A DNA stretch of 64,000 bases from assembly GCA_043800255.1 (NCBI GenBank), contig JAZDNF010000013.1:96001-160000 (forward strand), written 5' to 3'. The translations under genes were made by a program, and so were the position numbers. The notes beneath the pieces are model-generated. The model had not been told where the DNA came from. It saw nothing but the letters and a program-made list of their open reading frames with translations, and did not search any database. Positions 57,455 to 64,000 of this stretch are shown in pieces; position 1 is the first letter of the stretch; each line of letters begins with the position of its first letter. Source of the DNA: Candidatus Altiarchaeota archaeon. Lineage in GTDB: Archaea > Altiarchaeota > Altiarchaeia > IMC4 > SCGC-AAA252-I15.

Positions 57455-59530
57455 TTAAACCAGTGACAGGTTATGTAAAGGAACATTATCCGCTAGGAGT
57501 TTTATGCCCTGTATACGAACCTCGGACCTTGTGGCAAGTATCGCTACGGAACATATCTCAAAATTTTTATCTATCACAGAGTTCAACTTGAGTTCATCAT
57601 TGAAATATGCGCTGATAGTGCCATTTGACACATTGACTTTAAATGACTGCCATTGGTCCAATTTTAAAGTGCGTCCACCGATGTTACTTGATAGTTTCTC
57701 ATCAGACCTGAATAGATTAAACTCGTCCGACTCAGAGCCGATTACATAGCTTATAGAGTAGCTCGTGTTATCGCAACCATGTATAGAGAATCCAACATTA
57801 TGCCTAGGTCTCTGGCGCACTATATAAAAATCACCTTCAAACAAAACATTCTTGGATTTTATAGGATAAATCTTAACACTTGACGTGTCATCAGGAGTAT
57901 AGATCCATAAAAGATCATTATTTATTCCCCACGAATTCGTGACATTTGGTAAGTCTATACCATACCACCTATGGAATTCCATTATGTGTATCAGTGAACC
58001 ATTATACAGAATATCAGCATAACTATTCTTTATTTTAGGGAACGGCAGGAAGGGAGTCTCTATTCCCTGTAGTGAATACCTAGACGTGCAGAGGATAGAA
58101 TCAGATTTCACGTAGTTGCCATCCCTAAAATATTTAGTTTTATAATAAAGGTCTTTATCGTAATCTAAGTTCTTCACATCCCGCGGATAAGAGACGTCCA
58201 TGCCTGTGAGAGGGTAGAACCATTCGCATATTTGATCAAGATTCAGGAGTACTGTAGAATTCACATGAGCAGCCGCAACAGTGAACTCACCAACTTCATC
58301 ATGGCTGATTGTGAACGTCTCCCCATATTTGTTGAACTCATAGAACATAGTAGATGAACCATACAACAACAGAAAGATCAGTATAAATGGTTTGTACTTT
58401 GTTTTTAAGACATTCGCAGAAATCAAGGAGAACAGGACGTAGTATATCTCAAGCAACCGCCGAGGATCACCACTTTCTGCCCGTACTATGTCAACAAAGT
58501 ATAAAAAAGGTATTGAAACAACAAACCAAACCCACAATAATCTATTTTTGCTTAGGAAAACGCCAGGTACTACGAACAACGCAGGTACGAAAACTACTAC
58601 AAGTTTGACCAGGTATAGCTTGTCAAGTAATAAATGCGAGAAAAAGAAGGGACTGTAAAACCCACCCCTAGAGGAGTAGTAAATAACACCGATGGATAAT
58701 GCTGTGAGAGTTATCACTGTAAAATTCAACCTCCGCTCAACTAGTAGGTATGCAATAGCGAATGATATGAGGAACAGGAAGATCCGCGGCTGGATGATAA
58801 AAACTGAGAATAGAGACACTAACAGAAGAGATCGGTTGTTAGTTAGTGCAGAATAAATTGCAACAATTGTGACAAGCACTGCAAATTGTGAAGTATATCC
58901 TCCCCAGAAGATGTAGAAGTAGTGGGGGATGAAGACTGCTGCTATGAGGACGGCGCCTTTAGCGTAAACCTCTAATTTCTCAGCAACAAGATAGATGAAC
59001 AACAAAGTGAAAGTTAATGCAACTACAGAAGTGAACTTGATAGCGTCAATAATGCCAACCGTTCCGGCGAAAAAGGAGGTGAAAAAGTGATAACCCTTAG
59101 GATAGTCGGTCAAGTAGGAATTCAAAAGAGGAATTCGTAACGAATCGCCCTCCAGGATTATCCGGATGAAAGAAGCGTGAGTAATGATGTCACCAGCAAG
59201 AAAGGTGGCGAAAGTCGCATAATAGACCAGAAAGATAAGGCCATAGATGCTGATTCCGAGGAGAACCTGGCGATCATCCTTAGAAAGCGAAATCTTAGAC
59301 AGATTCTTCAAATTTGGAAGACCGGCTAAGGTTAGGACAATAAAGGGTAAGTAGTCGTTTTGGAATGTGAAATAATTCAACCCAGAAATCACTATCACAG
59401 ACAACACCATAAGCAGGAAAGCCCGAGGAACATCAGACAAGGAATAAACCTTTCGGGGGAGGAACAGGCTCAGAATAGCGAAGAAGGATACAGAATATAA
59501 CGCAACGTGCAATAGATAAGAGGCTAACAT
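57455..59530 (-). CDS. Large multi-TM membrane protein (GT-C-like) with C-terminal beta-rich extracellular domain
   Basis: GDIITH...DYPKGYH loop, many TM helices, C-terminal LamG-like stretch with several N-X-S/T sequons. Confidence 0.6.
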   Translation of the reverse strand: MLASYLLHVALYSVSFFAILSLFLPRKVYSLSDVPRAFLLMVLSVIVISGLNYFTFQNDYLPFIVLTLAGLPNLKNLSKISLSKDDRQVLLGISIYGLIFLVYYATFATFLAGDIITHASFIRIILEGDSLRIPLLNSYLTDYPKGYHFFTSFFAGTVGIIDAIKFTSVVALTFTLLFIYLVAEKLEVYAKGAVLIAAVFIPHYFYIFWGGYTSQFAVLVTIVAIYSALTNNRSLLLVSLFSVFIIQPRIFLFLISFAIAYLLVERRLNFTVITLTALSIGVIYYSSRGGFYSPFFFSHLLLDKLYLVKLVVVFVPALFVVPGVFLSKNRLLWVWFVVSIPFLYFVDIVRAESGDPRRLLEIYYVLFSLISANVLKTKYKPFILIFLLLYGSSTMFYEFNKYGETFTISHDEVGEFTVAAAHVNSTVLLNLDQICEWFYPLTGMDVSYPRDVKNLDYDKDLYYKTKYFRDGNYVKSDSILCTSRYSLQGIETPFLPFPKIKNSYADILYNGSLIHIMEFHRWYGIDLPNVTNSWGINNDLLWIYTPDDTSSVKIYPIKSKNVLFEGDFYIVRQRPRHNVGFSIHGCDNTSYSISYVIGSESDEFNLFRSDEKLSSNIGGRTLKLDQWQSFKVNVSNGTISAYFNDELKLNSVIDKNFEICSVAILATRSEVRIQGIKLLADNVPLHNLSLV

Positions 59531-60825
59531 TTTACATTTTCACCCGCCAGCAGCCACTTCCAGACAGGAGTTATGGTTATCTCTCTGCCGTCTATTCTTT
59601 TCTCCTCCTCCTGGCTGCTTGTTATGATGACGCCCGCTTCAAGCTTGTGGGTTTCCATCGCCTCCATCAAGCCGTTTATCTCGCGTCTTTCGTTCTCCTC
59701 ATCTAGTTTGTGGGTCACCTGTATTGCTGAAACGACCCTGTTTTTCTCCTGAACGAGGAAGTCGCACTCAGCCCTGTTCTTGTGGTAGTACACTCGCTTA
59801 CCTCTCCGCCTCAATTCCACATACACGAGGTTTTCCATGAGTCTACCAGTGTCTTCCGCGAATTTGAAGCTGACAGCATTGAGCAGACCGTTGTCTATGC
59901 AATACAGCTTCTTTATCGAGCCGAGCTGTTTCGTGATCGAATAGTCATATTTGAGGTTTTGGAAGAACAAGTACGCATCTTCAAAGTGAGAGACATATTC
60001 GATTATCGTATTCTTGCTTGTGCTGAGCCCCAAAGATTTCATCCTGTTTGCCAGTTTGCTGTATGAGAGCTCCCGGGACGTCAGCTCGAAAAGTAGGTTC
60101 GCAAGAAGCCGCAACTTCTTGATCTCCTTGATACTGTGCCTTTCGACTATGTCTTTGAATATCATAGCCTCATAATAGCTCTGGAGGATCAGTTCTTTCG
60201 GCATCTGGCTGAAGACCACGGCAGGATAGCCTCCACCAGCCAAGAATTCATCGTACTGCTTTTTCACTTCATGCCTGTCTCTGCTTTCTGATAATGTTCT
60301 CAAATCGTAGGGGACATTTTTCCACGATAGGTATTCCCTGAAGCTCAGAGGGAATACTTCATAGTTTAGGACCCTGCCCCTGAGTTTTGTTGAAATCTCA
60401 CGGCTAAGCATCTTGGAGGACGAACCGGTAAGGATTAGTTTCACGTTCTTCTGGGTGTCATATATTCTTCTAACCCACATATCCCAGTCTTTGACATTCT
60501 GTATCTCATCAAAGAAGAGGTAGATGCTCTGCTCTTTGTCTACGTTGGAAAGTTCGTAGAATGAATCCATCAGAAACTCCATGTCTTTAGCCTCTGCGCC
60601 GAGAAGCTTCTCATCCTCGAAATTCACGTAAAGTATGTTCTCTTTGGGAACTCCGTCGCTTATGAGACGGTTCATCATCTGGAAGCAAAGGTACGTCTTA
60701 CCTGCCCTCCTTGGGCCGGTTATCGTAACGATGAAATCTACTGTAAGATTAACGCTTACCTCCCTTGGCATAAGTTTCGGCAGCTCGAATTCCTTCCATT
60801 GGACTATAATCTTCTTATGTTCCAT
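59524..60825 (-). CDS. AAA+ ATPase (AAA_14 + DUF4143)
   Basis: GPRRAGKT, FFDEIQ, TGSSS, GGYP, KLYCIDNG, ENLV, ECDF. Confidence 0.9.
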   Translation of the reverse strand: MEHKKIIVQWKEFELPKLMPREVSVNLTVDFIVTITGPRRAGKTYLCFQMMNRLISDGVPKENILYVNFEDEKLLGAEAKDMEFLMDSFYELSNVDKEQSIYLFFDEIQNVKDWDMWVRRIYDTQKNVKLILTGSSSKMLSREISTKLRGRVLNYEVFPLSFREYLSWKNVPYDLRTLSESRDRHEVKKQYDEFLAGGGYPAVVFSQMPKELILQSYYEAMIFKDIVERHSIKEIKKLRLLANLLFELTSRELSYSKLANRMKSLGLSTSKNTIIEYVSHFEDAYLFFQNLKYDYSITKQLGSIKKLYCIDNGLLNAVSFKFAEDTGRLMENLVYVELRRRGKRVYYHKNRAECDFLVQEKNRVVSAIQVTHKLDEENERREINGLMEAMETHKLEAGVIITSSQEEEKRIDGREITITPVWKWLLAGENVKC

Positions 60826-60949
60826 ATTCACAGTGAACAAATTGTGTTTAATCTGTATAGTATAGTGAACAATAGTATATAAGCCTGTGCTATCGAACTA
60901 CAACCATAAAAACACACATTTGGCAACATGACAACCGCCCAACAACACC

Positions 60950-61672
60950 TTAATAGCCCACATCATACCTGAAATAAATCACATTCTCCTTGCCATAGAG
61001 CATGACCGTGAACCTGTCAGCTACTGTGAGAGAGGACTCCTCAACCCGCGAAGAATTAACCAAAATTCTGCCAGCTGAACCGTAGAACGTCAGATTAACA
61101 CTGCTGTAGGATACGCTATCATTGTTTAGGCTGTAGGTATCCCCGTGCCAGGAGAAAGGCTCCTGCACCAGACTATCGACAGAAAAATTCACATGATAGA
61201 CTTCGCCAAAACCGGGAAGACTAAAAGAGAGAGGATAGTAGGAGATGCTAGAGTCGAGTGAAATGTTTGCTGGCAAGCCGAAGAAGCCGCCAACCTCGGC
61301 TAAAGACGAGGAAAGAGAATAATTGATTGAAGAGTTGACACGCCAGAGGAGGCCCTCAGGCCTCACCAGGATTGTAAAAGTGGCCGCCTCGCCGGGCAAG
61401 AGAGTGACATTACTGGTGATGTTTTTGATGTCAGAACGGAGGTAATAGAGATAGTTAGTAGGACCCCGCTCGTGATTCACGATCGAATAGGAGAAATTGT
61501 AAGTCCGATTGAGTTCAAGATGGCGGGGAAGCTCACCCGGCTTGTTGAAATACAACTCGGTGAAATACTCCGGCTTGACGATATAATCCTTAGCCAAAAT
61601 CATGAAAAAAGACAAGACAATGCCGAAAACACAGGCGATTATGATAGCATCCAGTAAGGAATCATCTGACAT
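60950..61672 (-). CDS. DUF1616-like membrane-anchored secreted protein
   Basis: N-terminal TM helix, EYFTELYF, IVNHE, 11 N-X-S/T sequons. Confidence 0.6.
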   Translation of the reverse strand: MSDDSLLDAIIIACVFGIVLSFFMILAKDYIVKPEYFTELYFNKPGELPRHLELNRTYNFSYSIVNHERGPTNYLYYLRSDIKNITSNVTLLPGEAATFTILVRPEGLLWRVNSSINYSLSSSLAEVGGFFGLPANISLDSSISYYPLSFSLPGFGEVYHVNFSVDSLVQEPFSWHGDTYSLNNDSVSYSSVNLTFYGSAGRILVNSSRVEESSLTVADRFTVMLYGKENVIYFRYDVGY

Positions 61673-61675
61673 GGT

Positions 61676-62491
61676 CTAGACAACCTGAAACTGGAAGACA
61701 ACAGTGCGCACAAACTCCCCCCCAGATTCAGGATCGAACTGTGATGGCTTCTTATGAACCTCAACCAAGAAAGTGCGCACAGGAGAGACATAGAAATCAG
61801 TACGGACCTCGGAAGAGGCTGTGAGAGTATCACCAACCCTGCTGAGACGCACACTAGTAGTGTCAACAGTCCTCGAGAACTTGGAAGAAACCTCAGACGT
61901 GTAAGACTTCTCGAAAGGCTGACTTCTGAGCTCCTCCAGAGACAAATTCATATGATAAACCTCGCCGAACTCGGTAAGATCAGAGGAAAGGGGAAGATGA
62001 TAATTCTCCTCAATGAGAATTGGAAGACCGTCGCTTCTGACAAACAATTGAACCTCCTTCTTCCCAGCAAGCCAGGAATTTTTCACAATATCTAAGGATG
62101 TCGAATTCTTGGAAACAGAGGTTGAATTAAGCTTCCACTTGCCATTAGAGGGAGATAAGATAAGAGAAACCGTCTTAGACTGCTTGGGATTCAGGATAAC
62201 CTCAGCAGATTGGTTGACATAATCCGAGAGAACACGGTAAACGTAGGTTGTAGGCTCAAGCTCAGCGGACGTCAAAGTGAAGACGATACTATAAGAACGG
62301 TTAGAGGAGACCTCATAGACTGGAGTGGAACCGTTAGCATACTGCAGATAGACGGAAGGATCTGGGAGATCAGACTCAACGTTAAAGTAGAGATAAGTGT
62401 CGCCCTCCTTCTCAGGCAGGAAAACCAGCAGGAAAACTGCCCCAATTACCACAACCACCAATATAACCGCAAAATAAACACCAGACTTCAT
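61676..62491 (-). CDS. Membrane-anchored secreted protein, paralog of 60950..61672
   Basis: N-terminal TM helix; shared PLS..L..FGEVYH.N.S...L...PF block. Confidence 0.6.
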   Translation of the reverse strand: MKSGVYFAVILVVVVIGAVFLLVFLPEKEGDTYLYFNVESDLPDPSVYLQYANGSTPVYEVSSNRSYSIVFTLTSAELEPTTYVYRVLSDYVNQSAEVILNPKQSKTVSLILSPSNGKWKLNSTSVSKNSTSLDIVKNSWLAGKKEVQLFVRSDGLPILIEENYHLPLSSDLTEFGEVYHMNLSLEELRSQPFEKSYTSEVSSKFSRTVDTTSVRLSRVGDTLTASSEVRTDFYVSPVRTFLVEVHKKPSQFDPESGGEFVRTVVFQFQVV

Positions 62492-62645
62492 TCTAGATAC
62501 TATAGATTGGAAACACCTTAATAAAATACAAAAAGGCTGCGCCCTGCCAGAAAATTGCCGCCAAAAGAAGTTTGACGGGGGATAAAGCCGTAGAACGGAT
62601 TAAAGAGGTACGAGACTGAGAGCACATAGTGGATGACTGCCAAAA

Positions 62646-62689
62646 GTGTTCAATAACAGTGAACAATATTGTTCATCAGCAATGAACAC
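62646..62689. promoter_or_regulatory. Tandem palindromic operator-like sites TGTTCA-N7-TGAACA x2
   Basis: Sites at 62647-62665 and 62670-62688; perfect central palindrome TGAACAATATTGTTCA. Confidence 0.55.
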
Positions 62690-62795
62690 GTTTAGACTAC
62701 CAGCAAGTACGATACTTGGAAGAGGCTGGAATGACAAAGCGGGAACACCCCTACGGGAGAAACGTGCCCGCACTGACGCTGGGATATGCTTATCG

Positions 62796-62827
62796 TATTG
62801 CGCAATAAGTTAGATTATTGCTCAATA
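62796..62827. promoter_or_regulatory. Tandem palindromes TATTGCGCAATA / TATTGCTCAATA upstream of abiEi
   Basis: 12-bp palindrome at 62796 and a one-mismatch copy at 62816. Confidence 0.45.
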
Positions 62828-62932
62828 GGAGGATCGAATCGCCTAAAGCCATGAATCATGAGCGTCAAGAACCGCCGGTCATATATCGGTGGAATACCGC
62901 ATTTAAATAGTTATAAAACATATAGAGTTATA

Positions 62933-63712
62933 ATGATAAAAACAACACAACATGATATAGATTATAGGGGGATATCCAAAAACGAACGATACCTCACAGA
63001 CCTCATAAAAGAGAACAATTTGACAGTATTCGGGGTCCGGGAGGTATACAGACTAAGCTCCTGGAACAAGACGAGAGTGCACAACACACTCCACACGCTA
63101 AAAGAAAAAAGGAGGATAACAAGGATAAAAAGAGACAAGTACGCGCTAAAAGACGAAATAAACCAAAAAACATTCGAAATAGCGACGACAACAATAAGGC
63201 CATCATACATCAGCTTCTGGACGGCACTAAACCACTACGGTTACACAGACCAACAGATAAGACAAGTGCAGGTAATAACAACAAAACAACAAAAGACCAT
63301 AAGATTCGACAACCACACGATAGAGGTAACAACATTTCAACCCAGAAGATTCTACGGATACAAAAGAGAGGAGGAGTACACGATAGCGGAAAAAGAGAAA
63401 GCGCTGGTGGACTCCCTGCACCTGCCGGAAAAATGCGGCGGATTCAACGAATACGCACAAAACCTTGAAAACGCCATGGAAGACATCGACCAAAAAAAAC
63501 TTATAGACTACGTCATCAGATTCAAAAACAAAACCCTCACCTCCAGAGCAGGCTACATGCTCGAAACCTTAGGAATAGAGGCTGGAAAACTTCAAAAACA
63601 CAAATCAGAAACCTACGTCAAACTAAACCCTGAAAACGAGGGAACAGGAGAACACAACAGGAGATGGAATATAATAATCAACCAGAAACAGAGTAGAAAG
63701 GCGATAGGATGA
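62933..63712 (+). CDS. abiEi: AbiEi-family type IV antitoxin / transcriptional regulator
   Basis: N-terminal wHTH (RIKRDKY), YISFWTALNHYG, EKEKALVD; coupled to the downstream NTase. Confidence 0.82.
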   Translation: MIKTTQHDIDYRGISKNERYLTDLIKENNLTVFGVREVYRLSSWNKTRVHNTLHTLKEKRRITRIKRDKYALKDEINQKTFEIATTTIRPSYISFWTALNHYGYTDQQIRQVQVITTKQQKTIRFDNHTIEVTTFQPRRFYGYKREEEYTIAEKEKALVDSLHLPEKCGGFNEYAQNLENAMEDIDQKKLIDYVIRFKNKTLTSRAGYMLETLGIEAGKLQKHKSETYVKLNPENEGTGEHNRRWNIIINQKQSRKAIG

Positions 63713-64000
63713 TAACAAAGGAGGAACTGGAAAAGATAACAAGGACCGGCAACTTAAACCTATACCAACAAGAGAAGGATTACCTGCTGAAGACCTTCCT
63801 ATACAACTACTACAAGAGATTCGACAACGCAATATTCAAAGGAGGCACATGCATAAAATACTTATACGGGTTAGACAGATTCTCCGAAGACCTCGACTTC
63901 AACCTCAAAAACACACCAAAGAAATTCAAAAAAGAAGTGGAGGAAACGCTCAAGGAAATCGGCAGGCTAGGAATAACAAACAACTTCAAAAAAGAAGAGA
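63709..64000 (+). CDS. abiEii: AbiEii/AbiGii-family nucleotidyltransferase toxin (partial)
   Basis: Not in the ORF track. Manual translation MITKEELEKI...EKDYLL...IFKGGTCIKYLYGLDRFSEDLDF; ATGA overlap with abiEi. Confidence 0.88.
   Translation, partial: MITKEELEKITRTGNLNLYQQEKDYLLKTFLYNYYKRFDNAIFKGGTCIKYLYGLDRFSEDLDFNLKNTPKKFKKEVEETLKEIGRLGITNNFKKEE

Noticed and set aside
62738-62771. Possible GC hairpin or ncRNA (GCGGG...CCCGC)
   Set aside because: The stem is short and imperfect, with no tRNA or known RNA features

Overview
Probably archaeal DNA, judged from an AglH/GPT-type initiating transferase, DUF354- and DUF1616-like genes, a DUF4143 ATPase and TATA-like promoters. About 57 kb is a surface-glycan (N-glycan/S-layer type) biosynthesis island. 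The left part has a UbiA-type phosphoribosyltransferase, rmlD/C/B, remnants of a decayed WbpABDE-type diacetamido-uronic acid pathway, a hicAB pair with a frameshifted toxin, and aglH followed by a 4-kb cassette that ends in a degenerate copy of the aglH 3' end. A + strand operon (10.4-25.0 kb) carries an amidino-transfer trio, an AsnB-like enzyme, Gmd/perosamine genes, GT4s and a B12 radical SAM. It converges on a roughly 32-kb - strand gene run (25.0-57.2 kb) with two CMP-ulosonate systems. One is NeuA/NeuB/PseG coupled to an AcpS-ACP-acyl ligase-IMPase-PdxA-VOC-GNAT-PIG-L module. The other is KdsB without KdsA, together with an aldolase-Maf/CstII-like fusion, an LdpA-family Fe-S protein, a HAD enzyme and an HpcH aldolase. 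The right edge has a small TIR/direct-repeat element with 20-bp phased repeats, membrane and sequon-rich surface proteins, an AAA ATPase and an AbiE type IV toxin-antitoxin pair. I saw no rRNA, tRNA, CRISPR array or transposase. All family calls come from motif recognition by eye; no database search was run.
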